Of a DNA stretch of 64,000 nucleotides, positions 12,694-26,447 are shown one piece after another. This DNA is from Octopus vulgaris (lineage: Eukaryota). The DNA lies in assembly GCA_951406725.2 (NCBI GenBank), contig OX597821.1, positions 3,658,001-3,722,000 on the forward strand, written 5' to 3'. The notes beneath the pieces were generated by a model that saw nothing but the letters and a program-made list of their open reading frames with translations, ran no database searches and was not told where the DNA came from. How positions within the stretch are numbered: the stretch's first letter is position 1; the number at the start of each line of letters is the position of its first letter. The position numbers and the translations under genes are program-made.

Positions 12694-12695
<2 letters not shown>
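12172..12695 (-). mobile_element. Interspersed ~520 bp element in (TTA)n, probably the 3' UTR of a further Dong-like family
   Basis: Homologous copies at 62352-62770 (same orientation, also in TTA), 61215-61690 (opposite) and fragments at 14147-14300 and 15533-15690. Dong assignment is inferred from target site only. Confidence 0.6.
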
Positions 12696-12783
<88 letters not shown>

Positions 12784-12785
<2 letters not shown>

Positions 12786-12879
12786 TATGTTTGACTTCTG
12801 CTATACATTTGTACAAGTTGGCTCCAGGTCTCACCCAGAGACCTCAAGAGACAACAAGTTGGAAGTTCATGTTGGTGTT
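12784..12879 (-). mobile_element. Short interspersed 3'-end fragment in (TTA)n
   Basis: Homologous to 62815-62900, which is also directly after (TTA)n. Confidence 0.55.
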
Positions 12880-12919
12880 ATTATTATTATTATTATTATT
12901 ATCATCATCTTTATTATTA

Positions 12920-12973
<54 letters not shown>

Positions 12974-13036
12974 CATTATTATTATTATTACTATTATTAT
13001 TATTATCGTTGTTGTTGTTGTTGTTATCTTTATCAT

Positions 13037-13245
13037 CAAGGCTGCGAGCCGGCAAAATCATTAGCGTCCAGGGCAAAATGCTTCGCGGTATTTCGTCCGT
13101 CGTTACGTTCTGAGTTCGAATTACGCCTTGATCGACTTTGCCTTTCATCATTTCGATGTGTCACCTGTTGTGTACTGGAGTTGATGTAATCGTCTGTCCC
13201 CCGCCGCCAATTTTCAAGCCTTGCGCCTTTTGTAGAAAGGATTGT
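13037..13245 (+). mobile_element. SINE family 2
   Basis: AAGGCTGCGAGCCGGCAAAATCATTAGC...GTTCTGAGTTCGAATT...GACTTTGCCTTTCATC...GTAGAAAGGATT. Confidence 0.75.
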
Positions 13246-13979
13246 TATCCTTCGGGTTCCATCTTTGTATGTGGTAGAGGGAATTACAAACACAAGCGTT
13301 AAATATCTCCAGGCTGACGCATGCATAATCTCGATTTTGTTTCGCTTGTTATCCACTTGGTCGTAATTTTCGACTGGTATATATTTTCGGGTGTCTCATA
13401 TTTTGGAGAAAATAATCTCCTTGATTTATGTTTCCAAAGCTAAATGTTGGACATCAAGTAAATTCGATGTTGAAGTTGAAAAATATAACTTGAAAGAATA
13501 GAGCTGAATAGAAGACACATTGCATATTTTAGTGTAGTTTATGGAATTCTTATGATATGGAAGTATCTTAAGTAGAAGGAAGATATTGTGAATAATACTT
13601 GTTGTTGTATATCTTCAAAGGTAGGATTTCGCGAACTCACATCTTTTCCATGAAAATGTAAATGATGTCTTGGCGATATTGCAATAACGTACAGAAGGCA
13701 ACAGCGCTACTGTGAAATTTTTCAGGATGAGGAATTATACAGTACCTCCAGATATTAAAACTAAAAGGTGTACAGGCAAAAAAGAATAAACGAAATAGAA
13801 ATTTTTAAAATCAAATCCCTGTAAGTGATATTTTTAAACACATCTTTGCCCTATGAATTCTTGAATATATTTGTATAAGTTTTGAAAAATCACAGCCACA
13901 CAAGAATTACAATAATAAACAAGCAACCAAAAATTTGTTTTGGATTATGCTGTAGTTACAGATATGGAATTGCACACTA

Positions 13980-14310
13980 CAGAAGAGGCTTAACAAGAGT
14001 AGACGAATGTGTACAGCTGGAAAGAAAAAGTCTAATAGAGTATTTACAGAGGAGCACAGAAAAACAACTGGAGGCAGCTAATAAAGAATATGTGATGAAG
14101 CACGTAATAGGAGCAAAGGAGCAAGGGGCGAATATTTCCGTCAAAAAGAACCCCTCTCAACAAATGGTTATGATGCACCGCCACTACTCTTGCTCATCGT
14201 CAGAGATTCACATAATGTCAGCCACTAAAGGGGCATGCTCATCTAGGTATGGTCTAGCCACGGACAATCAAATCTGCTGTACTCAGCAGAATGTTTGGTA
14301 TAATGATATT
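13980..14310 (+). mobile_element. Rearranged Dong/R4 fragment; part duplicated at about 15395-15712
   Basis: RRGLTRVDECVQLERKSLIEYLQRSTEKQLEAA resembles the GGRGL...YL..S post-RT segment of the 8.5 kb ORF. It is fused to a piece of the 12172-12695 element in the opposite sense. Confidence 0.5.
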
Positions 14311-15062
14311 TCTGTTTCAGCAATTGTTTGATGGAAAATAGTTGTTTCGAAACATTGATGTCAAGGTTACAAAAGCAAAGTATGAAGGGAATAATAGTCA
14401 TTTTTTTCTAGATAGAAGCAAATAGGAACAATCACTTACAGTCAAAAGGCAAGAAATATTGTTATTCGCTTTGTATGTTGTCTAGAATGTTATGTAATAT
14501 GGGATTTGTGTATTTTATATATTTAGCTCGCAAAAACAGATTGGGTCTGAAAAATAGATTCAAATTATTTTTATGATATTTTGTAAATGGTTAAAGATTT
14601 TCTAGTCTTGAAAATAACATGGAGAAGAAAATCATGATTTGAGATATGTTGAATAGTTATTCACCAGAGTGTACATAATTACACCAGAATAGAATAAAAT
14701 CACATGCAGTATAGTGAAGAAGCGGAAACCTACAAACTTTTTTTTTCAGGACCCGAAATTTAGTAGAAGAAAACGAAATCATAGAGAAATCATACATACC
14801 TTCATTTTTTCTTTTCCCAAATTTAATCCGCGGTGTTATTTACACAACAATAATTGTTGGGTGTGGATCTTGTGGATAGGAAGATGAAAATGTAAAAACA
14901 ATTATCCCACTCATAATATGGCGGAATATATTACATATCATAAAAGATAACTTTTAAAATGCAAACATATATAGAAACGCATACGTGCAAGTGGATGTCC
15001 ACACACATGCAAACATATACACAAACACACACATATATATATACATATATATATACATAAAT

Positions 15063-15131
<69 letters not shown>

Positions 15132-15727
15132 CATACACATATATATATATATATGTTTAAAGATGAAAACGCGTAGTTAATTATGCACATGTACACTGCT
15201 TGCCATAAAGGAAACACACTTATTTGTATGAGTTACACAAATTTCAGTATACGTTTATATGTACGTGTGTATTTGCGTTTGCGTTTGTCTGTATATGTGT
15301 GTGTTTGCGTGCTGTGAGTTTTCATGTACAAACTCACACGCACACACACATACACACACAAAAACAGACACCCACGTACCCACTTACACACATATGTATA
15401 GAGTATTTCCAGAGGAGCACAAAAAAACTACTGGAGGCAGTTAATAAAGAATATGTGATTAAGCACGTAATAGGATCAAAGGAGCAAGGGGCTAATATTT
15501 CCTTCAAATTTTATTTTCGTTCTTCAGACACAAAGAACCCCTTTCAACAAATAGTTATGATGCACCGCCACTACTCTTTGCACATCGCCAGAGATTCACA
15601 TAATGTCAGCCAGTAAAGCAGTATGCTCATCGAGGTATGGTCAAGCCACGGACAATCAAATCTGCTGTACTCAGCAGAATGTTTGGTATAATGATATTTC
15701 TGTATATATTTCTGTATATTTCTATAA

Positions 15728-15784
<57 letters not shown>

Positions 15785-16110
15785 ACATGAAAACACAACA
15801 ACGCGAGGACGTGGAACAAGTATAGTGTTACTGGACGCTAAAGAAAGGAAAGAAAGGAGGAGGATCTGACGTTTCGTGCGGAGCTCTTCGTCAGAATAAT
15901 ATATATATATACATATGTGCGTGACTGAGTGTGTATCGTTGGCGATCTTTTTCCTCCGTCTTCCCTTCCTTGGATCTTTCCTTTTCCTATTATTCTGACG
16001 AAGAGGTACGCTCGAAACGTCAGATCCTCCTTCTTTGTCTTCTTTCCTGAGCGTCCAGTAACACTATACTTGTTCCACGACCTCGCGTTGTTGTGTTTTC
16101 ATGTTTAGAT

Positions 16111-16112
<2 letters not shown>
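15785..16112. mobile_element. PLE pLTR pair in inverted orientation (15785-15900 minus, about 15935-16112 plus)
   Basis: AACATGAAAACACAACAACGCGAGGACGTGGAACAAG... and its reverse complement. Each arm has CTGACGAAGAG...GAAACGTC. Same family as 44966-45706 and 59825-60030. Confidence 0.75.
15992..16024 (+). ncRNA. Ultra-minimal hammerhead-like motif (stem III = ACGU, GUC triplet); mirror at 15865-15897
   Basis: UU CUGACGA A GAG GUACG CUC GAAA C G UC AG; stem I is weak and stem III is only possible in a dimer. Confidence 0.5.
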
Positions 16113-16146
<34 letters not shown>

Positions 16147-16203
16147 TATATATATTCTTTTACTCGTTTCAGACATGCGGCTGCGGTCATGCGGGCATAT
16201 GTA

Positions 16204-16275
<72 letters not shown>

Positions 16276-16748
16276 CATTATAGTGTAGTAAATATACAGT
16301 ATGTATATACATACATAGGGTAAAATATAAAAGTTCAAATATGTATCAATAAGGCACTGTTACACGCGTGCTAACAGTTCCGGTCTAGTAAAACACAAAA
16401 ATATATTATTACTATGATTACAAGACACCACTATTTTCAGAAATTCTTGTAAGATTTGAGATGCCGATGTAGTATTATTATCAAATACCTGAAAATTGAT
16501 AGTCACGATTTTTGAAAACGTATAATTTGGGAAAAATAGAAGGAACTATAAATGTCATATATGCTCGCTTCAATTACTACCTCCTCTAATTCTGAACTAG
16601 GATGTCAGTAGATAGTCATAACATATGTTGGTGTGGTGCTAGTCTTGATGGATTTACAGCCAAATAAAATGATGGGTGCTTAATAAGTCTGTACATGAGT
16701 GAATAGCATATGTTTGTGAGAGTCCAGGTCTATCTCTGCACATGTGTA

Positions 16749-16792
<44 letters not shown>

Positions 16793-16933
16793 AATGTGTA
16801 CGCGTGTATGAAGATTTAATGCACTGGAATATGAGACTGCATACACGTGTTTATGTGCAGATGTCCATCATTACACCATAACCTTATACATCACATGTAT
16901 TGTCTCATATATTTATGAATATATACGTTTATA

Positions 16934-17021
<88 letters not shown>

Positions 17022-17026
17022 TATAC

Positions 17027-17058
<32 letters not shown>

Positions 17059-17274
17059 GTATATATGAGCTTATAAAATATATATATACAGTTCTTTATG
17101 TAATTATATAATTACAAATCTGCTGAAATCTATACCTATCTAATTATATATCTACACACACAGACACACACACATACACACACACAGACACACACATAGA
17201 TAGATAGATAAATAGATGGATAAATAGATAGATATATGTACATACGCATTTATAGACACATATACAAACATAAC

Positions 17275-17336
<62 letters not shown>

Positions 17337-17461
17337 AGCACACACATATGTAGCACACCGAAAAACTAGAATTGGCGGCAGTCTACACTTCTGGAAATCG
17401 AATTTCGTTCTCTAAAATTTCATACATACATATAACATACATACATTCATACATACATATA

Positions 17462-17525
<64 letters not shown>

Positions 17526-18162
17526 CATACATATGTACATACAGATAGAGAGCGAGAGGAGGAGAGAGAGAGAGTAAGGGAGAGAGAGGAGTAGAATGAG
17601 TGAGGAAAAAATCTCCTGTCGTTCACGGTATTATGCAGGCAAATTAACCAGACAGTCTGCGCAACTGACTATAGCCAGAGTAAAACCAATGTCAACGCAT
17701 GATTAAAAAAAAAGTAGGACATCAATTCATACTCGCTCACTCTTTTATAAATTGCAATCACATAAGTTAATCTTGTGTATGATATCAAAGGGAATCCAAT
17801 CAAAACGTCTGTTCATGAGGAGGAGAACTTGTAATCCTCTCGGAGATTTCTTTTTGTGAACAACCATGCATTATTTATAATCCAGTGAAACGTAAGTCTC
17901 ATTTACTTCGCAACCAATCTAAACGCCGGGAACGAAACGTCTAATTTATCTATTTACTGCATTCAATGGACATTCTTGATATATTTGGGATTTGAAGATT
18001 CCTAAAGTCCTGAATGGAATTGTCTTCTTCAGCCTGTTAATTGCCAGGTTAGATTCGTGGAAATGTGGCGTGCTTTCAATAAAATCTGCAATATACACAT
18101 ACTTACATACATACACACACACTAACATATATATGCAGATATACACACACACACATAGATTC

Positions 18163-18217
<55 letters not shown>

Positions 18218-18240
18218 AACGCAAAAACATACACACACAT

Positions 18241-18316
<76 letters not shown>

Positions 18317-19359
18317 ACAAACACACATATACGTCGGCAATATTAGTTTGACTCTGATAAATATACACGACCGAATACGTTAATATATAAGTGAACATGT
18401 ATGATTAACATTTATTGACCTCATTTTGTTACCTGCAAATCATATATATATATATATATAGATGTGTGTGTATCTATATATATATATATATATATAAATG
18501 TGTATGTCTCTGTGTGTATAGATAGATAGATAGATATATGGATAGATAGATATATAGATAGATAGATGTACACTTAATTAATTGCTTTAAGTTTCCTAAA
18601 AGGTATGTCCATGCATGTGTAATGAAGTAAATTGTATTTGTGAGAATGCCTACATGGCCTTTAAGATATGCGACTATGTCACTCTCCATGTTCATGGATT
18701 ATATATTAGAAGGTTTAACGATGGGAACGCGTAGTTAATTATGTACATGTACACTGCTTGCCATAAAAGAGACACACTTATTTGTATAATGAGTTACACA
18801 AATTTCAATATATGTTAATATGAGCGTATGTGTATATATTTGTGTTTTTCTGTATATGTGTGTGTGTTTGTGTGCTGTGCGTTTTCATGTACATACTCAC
18901 ACACACATACATATGCACTTATACACGTATGTATATAATTCTACTTTTGCTTTCGGCTACAGGTGGTGCCATGCTACAGCACCGCCATTAGCTTTCATTC
19001 TCGCTTATTTTTACAAATCTTCGTTTTGAAGTATTAAGTGTGACACCGACAGCAATAAACCCTTTGCGTTTCTTGCAGTCGTGTTAATTTTTCTGTTGTA
19101 TTAGATACAACTTTGCCTAATTGCTCCTTCAGCACATCGCCCCTTTCAAGTGCTAAAGCAGAAATGTCAGATAACTTAAAAGACATTATGTTAGTATTAC
19201 ATAAACATGTTCATATAATACCAGGGACGCACGTTGGTCTTAGTTATATAATTCGTGTAACGTATGTGTTCGTGTATATACATACACACACATATATATA
19301 TATATATATATGTGTATGTGTGTGTGTGTGTGTGTGTTTGTGTGAGTGTGTGTGTATAC

Positions 19360-19585
19360 TTTCTTTTATTCTTTTATTTATTGCAGTCATTTGACTGCGG
19401 TCATGCTGAAGCACAGCCTTTAGTCGTGCAAATCGACCCCAGGACTTATTTTTCGTAAGCCTACTTACTTATTCTCTCAGTTGCTTTTCGCCGAAACGCT
19501 AAGTTACGGGGACGTAAACATACCAACATCGGTTGTCAAGCGATATTGGGGATAAAGTACAGACACAAACACACACACACACTTT

Positions 19586-19627
<42 letters not shown>

Positions 19628-19791
19628 CTACGGGCTTCTTTCCTTTTCTGTAAACCATATCCACACACAGGGCTTCGGTCGGCCCGAGGCCAGAGTAGAA
19701 GACACCTGCCCAAGGTACCATGCAGTGGGACTGAACCCGAAACCACGAGGCTGGTAAGCAAGCTACTTAGCACGCAGCCACCCCTGCGCCT
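19360..19791 (-). mobile_element. SINE family 1
   Basis: Reverse-complement homologue of 326-744, with full tRNA-like head ending ...GCAGCCACCCCTGCGCC. Confidence 0.85.
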
Positions 19792-19809
19792 ATATATATA
19801 TATTATATC

Positions 19810-20520
19810 TTAACCATTGCCGATACACAGTGTATATGCTTTGTTTACACACCGAATTTGTTGCGAGATAGAGTTCCACGAAAGCTTCCCGCACAACGCC
19901 GGTTGTTAAAGAACACCTGAATGTCACAGAGCAGGAGATACACCTTACTTCAAAACCATGGAAAATGATAGAAGATGGTATTGCGCCACGAGCATGGCTT
20001 ACCACTATCATGTGCACAGAATGTCTCGAAACAAACTGAATATTTGAAAAGTGACTTATTTGAAAATAGGGCGAAGTCTAATTGCTGATGTGCTGCGGCG
20101 TACAAGGTGAAAGTAGAGTAAACTACGATTTGGAAGCAGCTTCAGTGACGTAAAGCTCTGGATCATAGAAGCGTAGTTTATGTGTAATGTTAGTATATGT
20201 GTAAAATGGGAAGTATAGGAAATATGGGAAGTATAGACCGAAATAAAAAAATAAATATCGAAATAAAAATAGAAATAAAATAATAAAAATGGAAATCGAT
20301 TGTTTCATTATCCAAGAAATATGTGGTGAAGAATGGTATGTAAGTTCCGATAGGAGTTACTATTTTATTACATATGGATACTGTACAGTTCTTTCTATTT
20401 AACTCTCTCACATCGCCTCTGTTGATGGGACGCCTTTTACATTCCTGAAACAGCTGTAAGACTACCTTTCTATCAAATTTCCTAGAAATATCAAACTGCT
20501 TTGACTTTTATTTTATTTAA
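19810..20520 (+). mobile_element. Old PLE remnant ending in a hammerhead-like pLTR (20415-20462)
   Basis: GCCU CUGUUGA UGGGA...UUCCU GAAA CAGCUG UA AGAC. Context is homologous to 43020-43140. Weak GIY-YIG-like trace VYML...T...VKEH at about 19830-19920. Confidence 0.45.
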
Positions 20521-20538
20521 AACATATACGCATATATG

Positions 20539-20569
<31 letters not shown>

Positions 20570-20710
20570 ATACATATATTTATATATATATATAAACATA
20601 TATTTATATATCTATATATATATATATATATTATATATATATATATACATATATTTATATATGTGTATATATATACATATATAAATATATACATTTATAT
20701 ATATATGTAC

Positions 20711-20748
<38 letters not shown>

Positions 20749-20912
20749 TTATATATATATATATATCATTTATATATATATATAATAAACATATATGTAT
20801 ATATTTATATATATATATATATATAACATATATATATATATATTTATATATATATATGTATATTTATATATATATATATATATTTATACATATATGTATA
20901 TTTATATATATA

Positions 20913-20950
<38 letters not shown>

Positions 20951-21043
20951 CATATATATGTATACATTTATATATATATGTACATTTATATATATATATA
21001 TATATATAAATATATATGTATATGTACATATACATATATATGC

Positions 21044-21116
<73 letters not shown>

Positions 21117-23100
21117 GGTATGTAGAGAGAGATAATTGTCTAAGAATCATATAAGGGAAAACATTCACTTGTGTATTTGTAGAAAATGGTATATTAGTCA
21201 AATTGAACATTTACATATATCTATTAGGCCGTTTTAAGAATCAGGTTTCGCACTGGTTATGAACCCAGATATTGGAAAAGGCTTAATGTTGATTCAAACC
21301 AAATGGTAAGATTGCTCGTAATAGTTATATAAATCAAAAAGAAAGATGAAAGCATACAAAAAGAAGACACGTCAATTAGATGTACACCGTGACTATATAA
21401 AAGACTAACGCTCAGTGAAATATCTTCAGGTAAATATAGGAGCATGGGAGTGGAATCGACGTTTCTACCGTGGTTCTTCTTCATAACAAAAAGGACGCAT
21501 TCAGGGAGGAAAATAGGTGGAAGGGAGCTGATAGTCCAAGAAGGTTTATGGATATAAGGCCGAAAAATACTACACACATACGCGCGCATATATTTAACTA
21601 TATATATTTATATACATGAATTGATAGAGATTGACATGTGTCTGTCAGTATATATTTATATATAAAATATATGTATATATGTATATGACCACATGCATAT
21701 ATATATACATACATATACATGTACACACATTTACACACACGTGTGTGTGTTGATAGAGAGACAGAGAGCAAGAGAGAGATAGTGTGTGTGTGTGTATCTG
21801 TGTCTTTAGTATGCATGAGCATTATAAGACAGGCATATTGCCCTTTGCTTAAGCGTCAAACATTATTTAAACAATCAAGGCTGTGAATATTACCTTTCCT
21901 ACGAGATATCTCGGGTAAACGTGGTCCAACAACGAGCAGGTGTGTGACAGCCTCTATTGGAATGAGTGAAGGAACTCGAAGAAGAAAATTGGGTATGTTA
22001 TTTTCGTATGTATATACAGGTATATATACATATACACATGCACGCGCGCTCACGCGTACGCACACACACGCATACACATACACACTCATATACACATATG
22101 CCAATGGACTTTAATCTTATATACTCGTTAACAATGTATCATGTAGAAACTTTTACGTTCTGTGTGATTTGGAAACATATTTACTCCATTTTTATATATC
22201 AATAGCCACAATTTATTTTTCAATATTTCTTCTTATTTCTTAGCACCCAATTATATCGATTTGCACATACAAGTTATAAGTTCGCTTCAATTTTATACAA
22301 ATTATGACAGCATAATAAAGTACTACATCTAGGTCTTTCAAATACCTATTGCTTCCTCATTCACGCGAGTTTCTACCGAAGTACATACGCACTCACAATC
22401 ACATACATATTTCTTTGGAGCCATAATGAATATTGGATAGATTTAAGGACACAGAATAAAATTAACTGTCTGCTACAAAAGTAAAGCTCTGTGGATTTAT
22501 AAATTCCTTTATCTTGTCTCTATAGTTTTTTCCCCTAGAAATTGCTGTAACATTTTTTAATCAATACACATATCTGTTTGACGAGACAGGGAGCCATAAA
22601 AAAGAGAGGAATGTATGTTGGTAGCTATATGGAAATTTCGATAAGATACTCTCTACACTAGAAGTCGTAAAGTACTAACATAACATTTGCTACGCGAATC
22701 TAGTTTAGCTAATTTTATTATATCGAAAAATTGCCTTCTGAAAAAGGCATGAAAAGCAATGTATCTCGCTTAAATATCAGAGAAAAATCGAATATCTGAA
22801 GTCTTTGCAATGTTCTATGTTGTCTACGTTGAATTAATTTAACATCAATCAAAATATGAGTTGTACGGAAAATTTACTAAGCAAAAAGAAAAAAATTGGT
22901 AAATTTGTTTGATATGTATACAGACAGTACATTTACATACACACGCACACACACACAAACATACGTACATATATACATATATACATACATACATACATAC
23001 ATACATACATACATACATACATACAAACATACATACATACACACATACATAAGTACATGCATACAAACATACATACATATATACATACATACATACAAAC

Positions 23101-23653
23101 ATGGTGGCTGCCCCCTCGTTATCGAGTATGGCCATTGCAGGAAGCTTAATCAATGTTGTTTTCGTGCAATGCCTGCGCAAGAAGATTTTTTTTTAAGTGA
23201 GGAAAGGCTGTGCACTGAGTCAATCCCACTCACTAAGCAACAGCAGCCATAATCCGAAAAGAAGAACAAGTCAAAATCATCGGTAACCACTGAGCCGCAT
23301 ATTTTATGTCGGAGTTATCCCACTTACCTGAGTTACCTTCTCCTAGGAGGATGCCCTAACAAAGACTAGGAGTCATCCACTCCCAATGGTTAAACCGCGC
23401 GATCGGGTATTCATTCCGATTATTTCTGTGTCCGAGCATGATACAATCTTAAGACATTTATTAGATGGCCGTTGACTTTCAAGAGTTCTTCCGCACTTTG
23501 ACAGGTTTTGTTTTTCATCCTGCAGGGTGTCCAATAAACACCCTCCTCACCAAGCAAGCTTTGTGGGGTTGCCGGTTTAGTCTCCGGTTACACGACCATG
23601 CAACAGGTTGTACTGGGTTACATGTTACCAGTAGCACTCGAAAGTGACCTGAC
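23101..23653 (-). mobile_element. ~550 bp GC-richer element in (CATA)n, probably a non-autonomous RTE-related retroposon
   Basis: Sharp composition change with (TACA)n on both sides. Minus-strand GGGCATCCTCCTAGGAGAAGGTAACTC resembles RTE 5' UTR motifs as I recall them (not aligned). Strand is inferred from that motif. Confidence 0.45.
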
Positions 23654-23674
23654 ATACATACATACATACATACA

Positions 23675-23740
<66 letters not shown>

Positions 23741-24076
23741 CGAAAGAAGGTATGAAAATGCAATTTAAAAGGTGTTTATTTACCATACCGGTTTCACTCT
23801 TTGGAAAAAAGTTGTCAAAAGTAACATGTACAAGTTTGGTTGCGTTAAATATTGGTTGTTGCAAATTGCTACATTACATGTGTATGTGTGTATATATGTA
23901 TGCATTATGTGTATGTGTTTATATGTGTATATATGTATATATATATATGTGTATTGTATATATATATATGTATGCATTGTATATGTGTATATGTGAATGC
24001 ATTGTGTGTGTACGTTTGTGGTATGTATATGTATGTGTACGTTATATGTATGTATATGATGTGTGTGTGTGTGGGC

Positions 24077-24134
<58 letters not shown>

Positions 24135-25619
24135 CATTATATGTACGTGTATTGTGTATATGTATGTGTATATATGCATTGTATATATGTATATTGTATG
24201 TGTGTTGTATATATATGTATACATTATGTATGTGCATGTTGTGTGTATGTATGTTATATGTATGTGTATATATATATATATAATTATACATTGTATGCAT
24301 GTATATTGTGTGTATGTATGTTGTGTGTGTATATTATGTGTATATGTGTGTTGTATGTGTGTGTGATGTGTGTGTGTGTGGTGTGTATATGTATGATGTG
24401 TATATATATATATATTTATATATATATATATGTATATGTAGTGTGTGTGTATGGCCCGCACACACGCGTAGACACATGTATGCATGTATATACACACACA
24501 AAGACGCGTGCACCCACACTGTGTGTACGCACACACACAAGCACATACTCAATACCAACACACGCAAGACACATATACACGCATACCGCACGGACACACA
24601 TGCCCCCCCACACACACACAAACACATATATACGTATATATGCACACACACAAGGACACACACACACTCACACCAATCTCACCTCCATACAGATACACAT
24701 ATACACACGAAGCAACATGCTAAATGCCATCCACACACATACATACATACACACACACACGCACACACACACACAACACCAAGACAACCACACACGCGGT
24801 TGACAAACGGACACAACATCCTACCAGATCTTACAGACACACAGACACATCTATTCACACCACATATGTATGTATGCACGCACACTCATACTCACACAAA
24901 GACACATACACTCACCCTACCCTGACCCCAAAATCATTGATGCTTGAAGGAGAGACAAAAAAGAAAAAAGGGTACATTCTTTTCAGTTCCACATTTCTCC
25001 TCCTAAAATGGACAGGTCAGTTTTAGCTTCACCACTATTATAATGTAAATCTTTTTGAACTCATAATATTCTGTAGGTGTATACTGAACTTTTTTAATAA
25101 TTCCTCCTGGAAATTATCTTGAGATGTATAATATATTTGTTGTTATCTTTTGTGCCCATTATTTTTAACTTTAAGCTTGTTAAACTTTTTTATATTCTCA
25201 ACATACTCTTGTCACCAAAGAATGTATATTTATATGGATTATAGTACTCTGTGCCAACTAATATTCTGTGCATGTTTGAATATACAGATATAATACCAAT
25301 ATCAATTCCTTCTGGAAATTATCTTAAGTATGTCTTGAGAACGATTATTTATGTAGTAATCTTTTGTGCCCAATATTTTAAGGAACTTGTTGAAATTTTT
25401 TATGTCTTTAACATGTCCCTGTTACCAAAGACTATATATATGTAATGTAGCAATTTGCAACAACCAATAATTAACGCAACCAAACTTCTACATGTTACTT
25501 TTGACAATCTTTTTCCAAAGAGTGAAACCGGTAAAGAAAAAAAACATCTTTTAAATTGCATTTTCAAACCTTCTTTCGAATATAATTCCACTCGTGCGGT
25601 ACCCCACAACTCCACTTTG

Positions 25620-25622
<3 letters not shown>
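23741..25622. mobile_element. PLE-like element: ~140 bp inverted arms (23741-23879 and 25440-25578), 3' tail 25579-25622, internal ~215 bp tandem duplication
   Basis: Arms are reverse complements and each has GAGTGAAACCGGTA. 25063-25240 resembles 25258-25442. Confidence 0.6.
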
Positions 25623-25669
<47 letters not shown>

Positions 25670-25928
25670 GTATATATACATACATATATATAAGATCCAG
25701 TGATCGAGGTGTGGGAATAGAGTTAGCTTCAAGCAATCCGTGGCAAATATAAAAAGAATTTTCAGAGACAAAATTGCTCTATTGAGACGGAAGATTGTGG
25801 ATTATTTTTTTCGTATCGGAGTACGATAAACCGAATAAATCTCTTTTTTGTATTTCATCGTAAACGACCGGAGTTGCCGGGTTTGCGAATAAGAATACAA
25901 GAGTTAAAGAGGGGAATAAACAAAATTC

Positions 25929-25996
25929 CGGCTACATATGTTTCATAGTGATAAATATCCAAGAGAAATGTATACCGCAGGCTAATCTTCAGGATA
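25929..25996 (-). ncRNA. Degenerate hammerhead motif in a (TA)n-flanked element (about 25690-26215)
   Basis: Minus strand: C CUGAAGA UUAG...CUAU GAAA CAUAUG UA G. Core is intact but stem I is reduced to 1 bp. Confidence 0.45.
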
Positions 25997-26234
25997 TCTT
26001 TAAATGAAAGTCTACATGTTCGGAAGCTGGTACATGTTAATACATGGGAGATTCAATCAGAATGTGATTCGTCTTGAATTCTGATCGAATCTTCCATGTG
26101 TAAACATGTACCTCCTTGCGACAATGTAAACTTTCATTTAACCAAGATATCCTTGGCGTGAAGAGGAGCCCGTCATTTACACCTCGCTTAGATATTTACC
26201 ACTTCAAAGTGGTAAATATATATATATGTGTACA

Positions 26235-26407
<173 letters not shown>

Positions 26408-26408
26408 C

Positions 26409-26447
<39 letters not shown>

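Noticed and set aside
21878-21997. Possible exon ending at TTGG|GTATGT
   Set aside because: Stops in all three frames after the nearest plausible acceptor.
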